A stretch of DNA of 64,000 bases from Gracilinanus agilis (lineage: Eukaryota). The notes under the pieces are model-generated. The model saw nothing but the letters and a program-made list of their open reading frames with translations, was not told the origin of the DNA and ran no database searches. Location of the stretch: NCBI RefSeq assembly GCF_016433145.1, contig NC_058130.1:738225051-738289050 (forward strand), given 5' to 3'. Shown here piece after piece: positions 50,801 to 61,408 of this stretch. Positions within the stretch are counted from its first letter, which is position 1; every line of letters begins with the position of its first letter. Position numbers and translations under genes: made by a program.

Positions 50801-53800
50801 AAACCCAAGACAACATTTTCCCTGTCTCTAACCATTTAGTCTCTTCCATTTTCCCTAAGTTCAATTCTTCAGAGATCACAATAAATAATTATTTAAGTTA
50901 TTTAAGAGAACAAAAAACAAAAAACACCCAGAATAAATCCTCCAGAGGCTTGACCTTGATGATAGAATCATAGACTCTCAGAATTGGAGGGTACCTCAGT
51001 AGTGGACCTCAGGACATTCCACTTTTAGACAAATCTAATTGTTAAGAAATACTTCCTCATGTTGAGACTCAACCTGCTCCTTCCCAATGCTTCAAGTTCT
51101 ATCTTCGGAGACCTAGGAGAACAAGACTTTTCCACATGACCCAGCTCCTTAAATAATTAAGGACCATAATCATGTCCCCTTCCTCTGCCCCTTTACCTGA
51201 CATCTTTTGTTTTCCAGACTAACTTCCCAACAGCCTGGTTTCCAATCCCCTCCCCTTATCATCATCCTACCCATGTGACTTAGGTGCTTTCTCACTAGCT
51301 CCTTATCCATCTTTTTCTTCAGTTCCCTTCTGATTGTGCTAATCTAACTCTTTTCAATCAGATAATCATTCCCTATAATGGAGGATGGAAAACAATCCAG
51401 AATTTTAAAAAATGCTGAGTAGCTCTACTTTTTCCTTGTCATCCATTAGCATTACACCACCCTTCTTTACCTACCCCCACTCTGAAGAAAGCTTTTTTTT
51501 TTTTTTTAAAAGCCCTTTGTCATGTCTCACCTCAGCCTCTCTACCTCATTCTGCCATTCTTCAGTGTCCTTTTGTTCCCTGCCCTTTATTCCATCTTTTC
51601 CAGTGGCATGGTCTCTAGTCTCTTTCCCCTTTCCCTTCAATTGGTACCTGCCACCATTTCTTCTCCAGGTTAACCATCCCCTCTCAAGCTGTTACATGGA
51701 CATTTCTCTTTGCATTTGGAAAGCTATATTAGATTCTTTCCCCCATGAGTCTCTTTAAATGCCCCCCTTTCTTCCTTATATGAAATATTAATAATCATAT
51801 TATCAGAATTTCATCCTTAAGAGCGTTCTATCCATTCTACAACTGGCTTCCTTTTTAAGAGTCTCTTGTCTTGGGAACATTGTTTTTTTTTATTTCTGAC
51901 CTTTTTAAATCTGCCCTCCCAACACTGTGGATGTCTGACTATGTTTGGCATTCCCCTATTTGCTCTAAACTTTAAAATAACATGACCCCCTTTTCTTCCA
52001 TGTTCTAATGCTTCCACTTCCTAAGCAGTTTCTCCCTGGCGGTCAAAATCAGATTCAGAGTAGTAGTTTCCCTTGCCTACAGAGAAAAGAACTATTAACA
52101 AGACAAATTAATCAGATGCTCTGGTTTTTAGCGTAATGAATTTCCTATAGAATCACAGTTAGAAAAGATTCAGAGGCCATCTAATCCAACTCCTACCTGA
52201 ATAAGAATCTTCTAACAATTTGCTGGACAAGTACCTAGCCTTTGCTTTAAACCCTCCAGTAAGAGGAAAAGTCACTCCATTACAGACAGTTTTACTTGTT
52301 AGGAAGTTTTTCCTTGCATTCAATCTAAGGGTCTCTCTGCAACTTCTCCCCATTGCTTTTAGATCCTTCCCTTTTGGAACTAAGCAGAACAAGCCTAATT
52401 CATCTCCATTCCTTAAATATCAAGATTGCTACCATGTCATCCCTAGCCTAAACATCCCCAGCTCTCTCTCAGTTGACCCTTATATTGTGTGATGAAGTCC
52501 TTTATCATCCTAATTGCTTCCTTTGATTCCTCTTCAGCTTCTTCATACGTGGTACCCAGAAATGAACACACCACTTTATATATAGTCTATTCAAGGCAAA
52601 GATTAGTGAAACTATATGACCTTCCACCCTTTGACTTTTTTAATAAAGCCTTAGATAGCATTTGAATTTTTTTTGGTTGCCATATCATTCTTGACTCATA
52701 CTGACTTTGTAGTTCACTAAAAATTCCACACTTTTTTCAGATAATCTCCTTTCTTGTCTTTTACATATGAAGCTGATTTTTTTTAACCCGTATGTAAGAC
52801 TTTATACCCTGGTTTAATGATCTAGCTTGTCAAGGTCTATTTGGATCCTAACTGCAATTTAATATGCCAACTATCCTTCATAGCACTGTGTTTTCTGGAA
52901 ATTTTATAAGCATGCTAACTATGGTTTTATCCAAGCTTTTGATTAGAATGTTATAATAGTACTGGCTAAGCACAAATCTCTATATCTTCTTCAGTAAAGA
53001 CAGAGGTCATCATGTTGACATTAAACTACTGAAAACTACTTTTTGGGTCTGGCCACCAGTTTACCCACATCTTTTCACCTTCATGAGAAAAACATGACAA
53101 ATATTTTGCTAAAATTGAGGAAAACTCAAGGAGATTAAAGACAAAGAAAACAGTCATAGTAGCACCTTTCGTGATAGCAAAAACATGGAAACAAATTGTG
53201 TACTCAGCAACTAGGAAATGAATGAACTGTGGTATATGAAGATAGTGAGATACTACTGTGCTATAAGAAATTATGAATATGAGCAATTCAAAGAAATAAA
53301 TAATACTTGTATGAAACTGATGTGTGAAGTAAATAGACCAAGAGATCAATATACACCATGATACAATGATATGAATGAAAACAACATTAAAAGGCAACCA
53401 GACATTGACTAATTTTCATAACTGATATTGGTCCCAGAGAAAAGATGATGAAACACTTCTTTCTAGGATGAAGAATATTATATATGCCCACATACAATAC
53501 ATGGCAACAACTTCTGTTTATTTGTTCTCCTTTGTTTTGAGGAAGGGTTCAGTGAGAGTTGGTCATATCAGTGTGTATATACATATGTACACATAATGTA
53601 TATTTACAAACATGTGTACCTACGTGCATATACATGTATGTGTAAATATACATTTTATCATATATATGTATAGTTATCCTGTGGATGGAACTTATTTGGA
53701 CATAACCTATCTCCAGAAAGCTAAACTCTCTGTGCCTCAATTTTCTCAACTGCAAAATGAAGGGACTGAACTAGATGCTCACCAAGGTCCTTCCCATCTT

Positions 53801-56800
53801 TAAATCTTTGATGCTAATATCTTATGACCTATTCTTTTCTTTATTTTAACCCTTACCTTCCATCTCGGAGTCAATACTGTGTATTGGCTCCAGGACAGAA
53901 GAGTGGTAAGGGTAGGCAATGGGGGTCAAGTGACTTGCCCAGGATCACACAGCTGGGAAGTGTCTGAGACCAGATTTGAACCTAGGACCTCCTGTCTCTA
54001 GGCCTGGCTCTCAATCCACTGAGCTACCCAGCTGCCCCCCTTATGCCTTATTCTTTATAAGACCATGCTTGTTCTTTGTGATCACTGCTTCCTTTTTATA
54101 GATGTTCACCTTCCATCCCTTTAATAATATATTTTAGAGTCTCATCAGGACTCAAAATCAAGTTCAATGGCCCACAGTCAAGATCTTTTGAAACTCTATT
54201 TTCTTCTTAAAAAAAAATTGAGACAATTCCTCTTCTTTGAGCCACTCCCATTCTCTCTAGGCTTTCAAAGATCACTGATAGTTACTCAACAACCACATCT
54301 ATCAGTTCTTTCAGTATTCAGGTATGTAGTTTATCAAGTCTAGTGACTTAGTGATGTGAACTCAAAGGCAGTCTGTAGCATAGTATAAAAAGTATTTATT
54401 AAGCACCCACCTAAGATAAAGCACTATACTGTAGGTATATAAAAACAAAACAAAAAAATCCTTACCTTCAAGAAGTTTACATCCTGCTAAACTTTGAAGG
54501 AAGTCAAGAAATCTAAGAAGTGAAAGTAAGCAGGGAGAATGTTCTAGGTATGAGCAAAAGCTCAGTACTGGAAGATGGAATGACTCATTTAGGGAATAGC
54601 AAGTAGTCCAGTTTCACTGAAATATTGTGTAAATGGGAGTAATAGGCAATAAGCTAGGAAAGGTAGGCTGGTGCTAGGTTGTAAAGGTCTGTAAATACTA
54701 GGCAGAGAATTTTTTTTACTTTATTCTAGAGGCAACAGAAAACTGCTGAAGGTTCTTGAGAAGGATAGTAAAAGTGTCAGATAGTGATCTTTGAAGAATA
54801 TTTTGGCAATTGTGTGGAAGGATTAAAGAAGGAAAAAACTGAAAGCCAAGAATCCAGTGAAGCTATTATAACAGTTTGGGTGAGAGGCCTGAACGAGCAT
54901 GGAGCTTGTATGAATGCTGAGAAAGGGACGTATTGTGAAAGTAGAATTGACAAGAGTTGGGCAATCAATTGGATAGGGAGGAAGAGCAGAGAGTGAAGAA
55001 GACCAAGGAATGAAGGATGATGGAGCCCTCAACAAAATAGAAAGGTGGGTTCAGAACCCCCCAGTTGGAGATGTTCAATAGATGGCTGGTAATATGGGAC
55101 TGAAGTTCAGGAAAAAAGATTAGAGTTATACATAGGGATCAAGGATGAAAGCATCAAAAGGTTGTAAAAAGAAAGATAAACAAGCCCAAGCCAGAGCCCT
55201 GGGAGAGACCCATTATTAGACACAGACAGAGACAATGATCCAGCAAAGCTGAGTGAAGTGGTTAGATAGGTAGGAGGAAAATCAGGAGTGCAGAGTGTCA
55301 CAAAAACTCAAGAAAGAGAAAGCATCTAAGAAGAGAGGGTAATCTTACATTCTAGTGGATAAAATAGAGAGGTCTAGAAAGATGGGGACTTTTTTTAAAA
55401 GGACATTCGTTTTTGCAATGAAGAGACTGTCATAATCTTACAAATAGTTTCAGATAAGAGGTAAAGTTGGAAGCTACTTTGCAAGAACTTGAAAAAACAA
55501 GGGAGAAGAAGAAGTTGAATCAACAAGTATAAAACTTTTTTTTTTCCCTCTAGAGATTTTACTATGAAAGCAGACGGGCACATTATAAAGAGCTGGATGC
55601 AAGTCCTCACTCTGACACATGATGGCTATATAATCCTGGGCAAGCTATTTAACCTTTCAGAGCTCTGGGCACCTCCTTTAAGGATAAAAGTTTCTGAGAA
55701 GATGTTAACTTGCATTGGTGGATGGAGTTTCCTCACATGGGTCTTTCCAATGAAATTGGATCATAGGCCAAATAGGCCCCAGCCCTATCTTTTGACTATA
55801 GAAGGGTTAAGAGATGTAGGTTAATGATTTGAGAAGGTTTTTGTTTTTTTCAAGGATTGGGGAGACATGGGAATGTTTATGGCAGCTGGGAAGGAGGCAA
55901 GTGAGAAACTGATGAAAAATTAGAGAACAAAGAAAATCAATAATCACTTATTTCTATTACCTTTTATCTTCATCCAAAAGCTCTCTACTATGTTTCTGAA
56001 CTTCTGCTGTTATGAGTCCTAGAATCTCAGAGCTGGAAGGGATCCCACAGGACATCTAGTTCAAACCACACCTGTAGAAGAACCCTAGTACAACATCCCT
56101 GCCAAAAGGTCATTGAGCTTTGGCTTGTGGTGTCTGCTCATTCTCAAAGCAGCCATCCCATATTCCCAATGTAGAGTGCCATTCTGGAAGATCTGTTTCT
56201 TTGACCTGAACAAGGCATGTTCTTCCACTACTACATTCTAGATATGTATCTACTGGAATGTAATAAGGAGCTATATTTAATTTCTCACAAGATTTCCCCC
56301 AGTGCCCAAATACTGTGAACTATACACATTGGGCATGATAAAATTTGCATTGAATAAATGAGTCTGTCTCAACCTACTAAGTCTTGGGGGTTCCTATGAA
56401 GTCTAATTTCCATATTTGTGTTTCAAGTTCCACTTTTTATTATCCATATTCTGTATGTGGCATACAGATTTGTGAAATTTTAACATTGTTTTTGGCCCTT
56501 TTACCTAAGAATGAATAAGGGACATACCTCCTTATTTCCAGGTATACTCTATAGTGTCTAGTTTTGCAATCATATCTATGAATTTTTCTCTCTCTGCCTC
56601 TAATTACAATTTAATGACCTCTTGATCAGGTTGCCAAGCACATTCATGTCATACTTGGACAAGAATCCATCATTGTGAACGTGAGTTTTTATGAAACATA
56701 TCAGCAAATCTTATTCTTTGACACTATTAAATACACAGATAGCTATTCACTTTCAGTATTTTCCTTTCTAAAAGCCTCATCAATTAAAAGTAGTGGTTAA

Positions 56801-59800
56801 AATACCACTTGTGACCCTTAAGATCTTCATTTTACTACTCAGGGCTTCCCAGTCTTTACAGATGTTTTGTGGCAGTATAAGCTATTCTTATACAAATCAT
56901 CATGGGGTTTAGCTGATGAATTTGATGAACTTCACAGGATTCTTAGGTCCTGGATACATATTCCAAAATGATAACATACCTCTTAAATGGCTATGTCAGG
57001 GGTACATAGTCACTTTTCATACCACTGAGCAAGTAGTTACTCATCATACCATATCTCTTCCTTCTGTGTTCAGTGAATTCTTTTCTCACACATCCTGGCA
57101 CCCATCCATCTTCTTTATTATCCCAAAGGAACATAAGACACTGCTTTTGCCTCAAGAACTCTAGATTCATGAGCTACCATAAGAACCTTACATGTGGCTT
57201 CAACAGTTCCATTTCCCCCCATTCTTTCGCAGTGGTATATTCTTCCATTTACCAACCTCTTGGTTTAAATCTCTAATCCTGTTTGGAATCCTAGAATGAT
57301 AAGGCTAGATGAAATAAAAATCATCTAGTCCAATCCCCTCTTTTTTTTTTCAGATGAGGAAACAGATCCAGACCTAATAATAATAGCTAACATTTACAAA
57401 GTTTTTTAACGTTTGTCAAGTGCTTTTGAATTTAGAAAAAATATTTATCCATATAACAACCTTTGGAAATAGGTGCTATTATTACCCTAATTTTACAGAT
57501 GAGGAAACTGAGGCAAATAGAAATTAAGTGACTTGCCCAGAGGTACACAGGCTAGTAAGTGTCTAAGGCAGGATTTGGACTTAGCACTTCCTAATTCCAG
57601 GCCCAGTGCTCTATCATAGTTGACTTGATTTATTATCCTTCTTCTAAAACTCACCTCTTTTCTGAAATTCTTCATTTGTATCTAAGACACCAAGTTAAGT
57701 TGGCAAGTCAGACATCCTTCAAGTCATCCAGGTTTGTACCCTCACCATTATCCATGCGACAGTGGCAACTGCCTGGTTAGCCACCTAAATACTCTCTTCT
57801 AGAATTACTTTACCTTGTTATTACTGAATAAGCTAGAAGACAAACTCTTTTCATCTGCCTTTAAATTTTCCTTCACAGCTTGTTCCAGTTTGCCTTTTTT
57901 GGACTTACACACATTATTCCTCTACACACAGGTGAAATTCTGTCTCATTGGCTATTTCTAGAACACAAGATTCCATTTCCCTTCTCTAGGCCTTTACAGA
58001 GGCTGCCCTTATACTGGAGCTACTCTCATTCTCAACTATGCCTCAGCTCACACATCATCTCTTCCTCAAGGGTCTTTCTGATCTCCCTAATTTGGGATCT
58101 CTCTCCTCCTAACTGATCTTACATTGTATGTACTTATCTGTGTATGTATCATATTACCCAAGTAGAATGTTAGCTCCTTATGAATGCTTATTTTTGATTT
58201 CATATCCCAAGTGCCTCGGCCACCCTGTCCAACCTTCTCATTTTACTGATGAGAAAACTGAGGTAGAGATAATGACTTGCTCTGGGTCACCCAGCAAGTT
58301 AAGTCTCTGAGGTAGGGCTCAAACTTTGGTTTTCTGATTCCAGTTTTAGCATATGACCCAGTACATTGTCATCACCTCTTCTGTTATTCCTTAAGTATAT
58401 TCTAGACCAAGGAGTCTTAAGGGGTCCATGAATATTTTATAACTGTGTTCTTATATAATTGGTTTCCTTCATTATTTTATCATTTAAAAACATTGTTCTG
58501 AAGATAAATAATTTAAAGCCCTTCCTAACCTTTCCTCTTCCTGTTTTTCTAGGATTCTTATACCCTACTCCCTCCCACATGTTCTGGGATCTAGTGACAC
58601 TGGCCTCCTTCATTTGTCTTGAACAAGGCATTCCATCCTCTGACTCTACAGTTTCACCAGCTATTTCTCATACTTAGATCTCTTTCCTTCCTCATTTCTG
58701 TTTACTGGCTTCTCACAAGTTTCAGCTAAAGCCTCATCTTCTACAAGAAACCTTTTCCAGTCTTCCTTAATCTTAGTGCCTTCTCTCTGAGATTATCTCT
58801 AATTTATTCTACATATAGTTGTTTGTCTGTTGTCTCACACATTAGATTATGAGCTCTTTGAAAGCATGGCCTGTTTTTGCCTTTCTTTGTACCCTGAGCA
58901 TTTAGTCCAGTGCCTGGCACATAGTGCCCAATAATTGTTATTGACTTGACTTGAGAAAGAATCCACAGGCCTCACTAGACACCAAAAGGGTCCATTACAC
59001 AACATAAGTTATGATTCCTTGTATTAAACCAATGTAAATGTTAACAAGCATAAGACCTAACTTGAACATTCAAAACCACTTGATTCTTCCTGACTGTTCT
59101 CTTTAATGCTGGGCTCTTATTACCCTACCAAAGCCTGTAGCAAAACTGGTCCCATCACTCTCCCAAGAACACATCATATACATTTCCAATTCTGGACCTT
59201 CATTTATAGTGTTTGACTTGCACCTAGAATGTCCTTCTTCACTTTTCTTCTTATCTTAGGTCTGTACAATCTTTTGGGTCCAAATGTAGTTCTTTTTTTT
59301 CCTCCATAAAGACTTTCCTAACCCCTCAGCCAAAAACAATCTCTTCCTCTGCACTCCATGACTGCATACTGCTTACTTGGCACTTACTAAAAGCTATTTT
59401 CTTTCTTTTCTTTGTCCTGTGATCTCATCAGTGTTGGGAACTCAGTGAAGAAACCCTTACCTATGAAGTCTGGTACCTACTTATAGTCTTTAGACAATTA
59501 TGGGAGCAATAAGAAGTTCAATGACTTGCCCAGGGTCACACAGCTAATAGGAATCAAAGGAGTCAGAACTTGAATCCAGATCAATTCTATCTCTGAGGCC
59601 AACTCTTCATCTACTATGTTTCATGGCCTCTTGTAGGCTTATTAGTATAGCAGCCTTCTAATAAGAGTCCTTGCTTCACTTCTCCCTACTCTGATTCATC
59701 CTCTGCGTATTGCCAAAGAGATTTTTCCTAAAGCATAGGTCATCCTTCATGTCACTACCCCATGCATTGCTACAATAGTTCCTCATTATCTTTGATTTGG

Positions 59801-61408
59801 CATTTCAAGCTCTTTATGACTTTGCTCCTTTCTATCTTTCTAGTCTTTTAATACACTGCTACCCTCCATGAATTCTGTAGTCTAGTCACAACTAGTGTAA
59901 TTGTAGGTCTTCATAAAACACTTCAACTCTTGTTGCTTTTCCTTCACACTAGCGGTCCCCCATGCTGAAATGCCCTCCCCCCATAACTTCTGACTCTTAG
60001 AATATCCTTGGCTTCCTTTAAGATGCAGCCCCTGCAGGAAGTCTTTCTAAATTCTCTCAGGTGCCAGTTCCTTCTCCTCTAAGACTATCTTCTATTTACT
60101 CTGAATTTATTTTGTATATACTGATTTATATACATGTAGTCTGCCCCATTAGAATTTAAAGTCTTTGAAGGGAGAGGCTATTTTTTGCCCCCTTCTTTTG
60201 TATCCTGAGTGTTTAGCATAGTCTCTGGCACAAAGTAAGGGCTTAATAAATGCTTGTTTATTAGTTGCTACTTTAATTATTAATTTATCTTCCTCCTCAA
60301 GAATGAAATTTCACAGGAATCATGTCTTGTTTATTTCTCAGAGTGCTTAGTTGAGTTTCCTACAAATAGTGGGTGGCAGTGTTTATTGGTGCCAACAATG
60401 ATCATGAGGGAAGGACTAGTAGTAATCAGTGCAGAAAATGGGCACCCCCTTGCCTCCAGTCTGGAGAGCTTGACTCTACCACTGTGGAGTTGTAGAAAGT
60501 GCTAGTGTTGCTCCTCACCAGTCCTACCTTGAGCAGCTTTTCTTTTTTGCGACGCCACTCCTCCCACTCATTAACAATTCGGCCCCAGAGGATCCAAGTG
60601 TCCTCCTCCAGGTGGCTGAGGTTGGAAGAGGCTGAAGAGCTGGACACCAGGGAAGAACCGCTGTTTCGCCGGGAACCATTCATAGAACGCATTGACTTGG
60701 AGTCAGCCTCCAGAAGCCTGGGTGGGAAGGAGGGCAAACAGAGCACAGAAACACAACTGTCACAGAAGAGCTGGCTGACTCTTCTTTTCTTAGAGGTGGG
60801 CCTTGGGCCTTTGATTTCTACTTTGCCATTCTTTGCCTGGATGGGACCATATATGCAGCCTAATAACATGAAGTTTTAGGGACCCTGTTCAGCAGCTAGG
60901 GAGTAATGAGAAAGGAGAGTTGTAGTAGCTAGGGCAAGAGCAGGCCAGTTCAACCCCAAATCAGTAAAGTTCTAATGCTGTCCAATCTCCCAGTTCTCAT
61001 GCTCCTCACAAACTTCCCTCATCCCAGACTTCCCCCTAGGACTTTCTACCTCTCCTGCCCCCAATTCCTTGGATCCTCCCCTTTCTTTGTATGTCTGCCT
61101 TGGAAAATCAGTTTTTAAAGGCTTGCAAACGGATTTATGCAAGTCTTTGTGTAGTTCCTTATTTAGTATCATGTACAATTTGATCCTTTAAGAAATGCTT
61201 TAAGGTTGGTAAAAATAACAGCCCCTTTTCCACGTCTTACTTAGGAAGCAAGTAGCCCTTTATTCACTCACCGATTCTGTTCCTCTAGCTTGGCCAACAG
61301 CTCCAGTTCATCTGGGCTGAGGTTCTCAGAATCTGAGGTGGGAGAACAGGCAGGGCCTGAAAGGGCCTCATGGGAAGAGGAGTCAGGGCTAAGGGCTGGG
61401 CTCGCCAT
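9233..61408 (-). CDS. EVI5L: EVI5-like Rab-GAP (TBC domain + coiled coil), 19 coding exons, 2424 nt, 807 aa including the 33-nt cassette
   Basis: Spliced translation MASPALSPDSSSHEALSG...IRRDIARTYP...GYCQG...DELAPSYGQSLGN* matches recalled EVI5L throughout. TBC Arg finger (IRRDIAR) and Gln finger (YCQG) intact; all introns GT-AG with consistent phase. Confidence 0.97.
10860..11048 (-). mobile_element. Opossum-type tRNA-derived SINE (SINE1_Mdo-like)
   Basis: T-tail + aaacccttaccttc...gtgacttgcc..ggtcaca...ggctctcaatc family signature. Confidence 0.8.
11296..11391 (-). CDS. EVI5L: EVI5L coding exon 18 (REEGMIQ...LKAE)
   Basis: 96 nt, AG/GT bounded. Confidence 0.95.
11518..11613 (-). CDS. EVI5L: EVI5L coding exon 17 (SKEEVM...LEIQ)
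   Basis: 96 nt, AG/GT bounded. Confidence 0.95.
11817..11963 (-). CDS. EVI5L: EVI5L coding exon 16 (DQIHRN...AECK)
   Basis: 147 nt, AG/GT bounded. Confidence 0.95.
12228..12383 (-). CDS. EVI5L: EVI5L coding exon 15 (AHLSRGG...LETQ)
   Basis: 156 nt, AG/GT bounded. Confidence 0.95.
13240..14030 (+). mobile_element. L3/CR1 LINE 3' fragment (interrupted by SINE)
   Basis: Degenerate CR1 3' ORF/UTR words (catccagaaaagggtg, agaagagaagac, aggcttgacataaggaaaaac); family call from recall. Confidence 0.65.
13537..13717 (-). mobile_element. Young SINE1-like copy inside an L3/CR1 fossil
   Basis: 11-bp TSD tagacttattt at 13526-13536 and 13718-13728. Confidence 0.9.
14376..14516 (-). CDS. EVI5L: EVI5L coding exon 14 (RNNSLPDEN...DSWQ)
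   Basis: 141 nt, AG/GT bounded. Confidence 0.95.
15231..15424 (-). mobile_element. SINE1-like copy
   Basis: Family signature with (TTCC)n tail. Confidence 0.8.
15957..16407. mobile_element. hAT-type MITE with nested SINE1-like copy (about 15991-16236)
   Basis: TIRs cagtggttcccaaa / tttgggaatcactg; perfect 8-bp TSD ctctagat at 15949-15956 and 16408-16415; SINE has a (TTTC)n tail. Confidence 0.9.
19091..19219 (-). CDS. EVI5L: EVI5L coding exon 13 (DNPRL...DMEK)
   Basis: 129 nt, AG/GT bounded. Confidence 0.95.
20285..20505 (+). mobile_element. SINE1-like copy
   Basis: gctaggtggctcagtggatag head through tail. Confidence 0.8.
22900..24140 (-). mobile_element. L1 5'/ORF1-region fragment
   Basis: Long T-rich strand-asymmetric block typical of reversed marsupial L1 ORF1; family call from recall. 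Confidence 0.6.
24380..25950 (-). mobile_element. RTE-clade LINE fossil (degenerate reverse transcriptase)
   Basis: Minus-strand ADDIV (24941-24955) matches the RT (Y/F)ADD motif; neighbouring segments resemble RTE ORF2; many stops and frameshifts. Confidence 0.7.
26802..27219 (-). mobile_element. Head-to-tail SINE1-like dimer inside one TSD
   Basis: TSD ttcctttgtcttct at 26788-26801 and 27220-27233 flanks both units. Confidence 0.88.
28957..29161. mobile_element. hAT-type MITE
   Basis: TIRs cagtgatgggcaaac / gtttgctcgttactg; flanks share tctagag. Confidence 0.85.
29304..29496 (+). mobile_element. SINE1-like copy
   Basis: gggcagcttaggtggctcagtg head, A-tail. Confidence 0.8.
30530..30670 (-). 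CDS. EVI5L: EVI5L coding exon 12 (GQVTRAQ...QEQQ)
   Basis: 141 nt, AG/GT bounded. Confidence 0.95.
31427..31632 (-). mobile_element. Diverged SINE1-like copy
   Basis: Family signature; shares private variants with 27003-27219. Confidence 0.8.
32810..32853. repeat. (AC)n microsatellite
   Basis: Imperfect CA run. Confidence 0.9.
33269..33301 (-). CDS. EVI5L: EVI5L coding exon 11, 33-nt cassette (ESAALADRLIQ)
   Basis: tttcggtag|GAG...CAG|gtacag; frame-preserving; recalled as the segment that differs between EVI5L isoforms. Confidence 0.92.
34811..34864 (-). CDS. EVI5L: EVI5L coding exon 10 (RLRTENRLLKQRIETLEK)
   Basis: 54 nt, AG/GT bounded. Confidence 0.95.
35856..36040 (-). mobile_element. 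SINE1-like copy
   Basis: Family signature ending gagctacccagctgccccc. Confidence 0.8.
38400..38600. mobile_element. MAR1-type marsupial SINE fragment
   Basis: ttttcttggcaaagatactggagtgg..ccatttccttctccagc followed by MIR core; family call from recall. Confidence 0.65.
39726..39891. mobile_element. hAT-type MITE (OC1/OposCharlie-like TIR)
   Basis: TIRs cagtgatgatgaacct / aggttctccatcatgg; end resembles the end of 50117-50565. Confidence 0.7.
39900..40092. mobile_element. hAT-type MITE, same family as 15957-16407 (opposite orientation)
   Basis: TIRs cagtgattcccaaa / tttgggaaccactg; TSD ctctagac / ttctagac. Confidence 0.9.
40753..40813 (-). CDS. EVI5L: EVI5L coding exon 9 (LEKEYAAIKNKEMEEQIEIK)
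   Basis: 61 nt, phase 2/0. Confidence 0.95.
40966..41063 (-). CDS. EVI5L: EVI5L coding exon 8 (YFQKVIP...KMKR)
   Basis: 98 nt, phase 0/2. Confidence 0.96.
42677..42766 (-). CDS. EVI5L: EVI5L coding exon 7 (GLEIVF...GMSQ)
   Basis: 90 nt, AG/GT bounded. Confidence 0.96.
43094..43237 (-). CDS. EVI5L: EVI5L coding exon 6 (EQLPDL...FMYE)
   Basis: 144 nt, AG/GT bounded. Confidence 0.96.
45006..45131 (-). CDS. EVI5L: EVI5L coding exon 5 (MPEEEAF...YMLQ)
   Basis: 126 nt, AG/GT bounded. Confidence 0.96.
45919..45993 (-). CDS. EVI5L: EVI5L coding exon 4 (AYSLVDREVGYCQG...LMQ)
   Basis: 75 nt; YCQG motif. Confidence 0.97.
46325..46549 (-). CDS. EVI5L: EVI5L coding exon 3 (ELIRKG...NVMK)
   Basis: 225 nt; TBC IRRDIART motif. 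Confidence 0.97.
48430..50640 (+). mobile_element. L2 LINE 3' fragment, interrupted near its end by a MITE
   Basis: L2-type words (cctctcctctt, cttaatagtgggtgtatccc, cctagcacagtgcctggcacacag...aataaatgtttg). Confidence 0.6.
50117..50565. mobile_element. hAT-type MITE (OC1/OposCharlie-like)
   Basis: TIRs tagtgatggcaaacct / aggtttgctaccactg; flanks ccttagtg / cccaagtg (imperfect 8-bp TSD). Confidence 0.8.
53060..53560 (+). mobile_element. L1 ORF2 3'-end fragment
   Basis: catagtagcac...gatagcaaaaacatggaaac...tgtggtatatg...tactactgtgctataagaaa, typical L1 3' coding end. Confidence 0.65.
53838..54039 (-). mobile_element. Young SINE1-like copy
   Basis: Near-perfect TSD cttatg(ac/cc)(c/t)tattcttt on both sides. 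Confidence 0.88.
60528..60717 (-). CDS. EVI5L: EVI5L coding exon 2 (LLEADSK...KLLK)
   Basis: 190 nt, AG/GT bounded. Confidence 0.96.
61272..61408 (-). CDS. EVI5L: EVI5L coding exon 1 (MASP...EEQNR); acceptor at 61465
   Basis: 137 coding nt; donor CG|GTGAGT. Confidence 0.95.
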
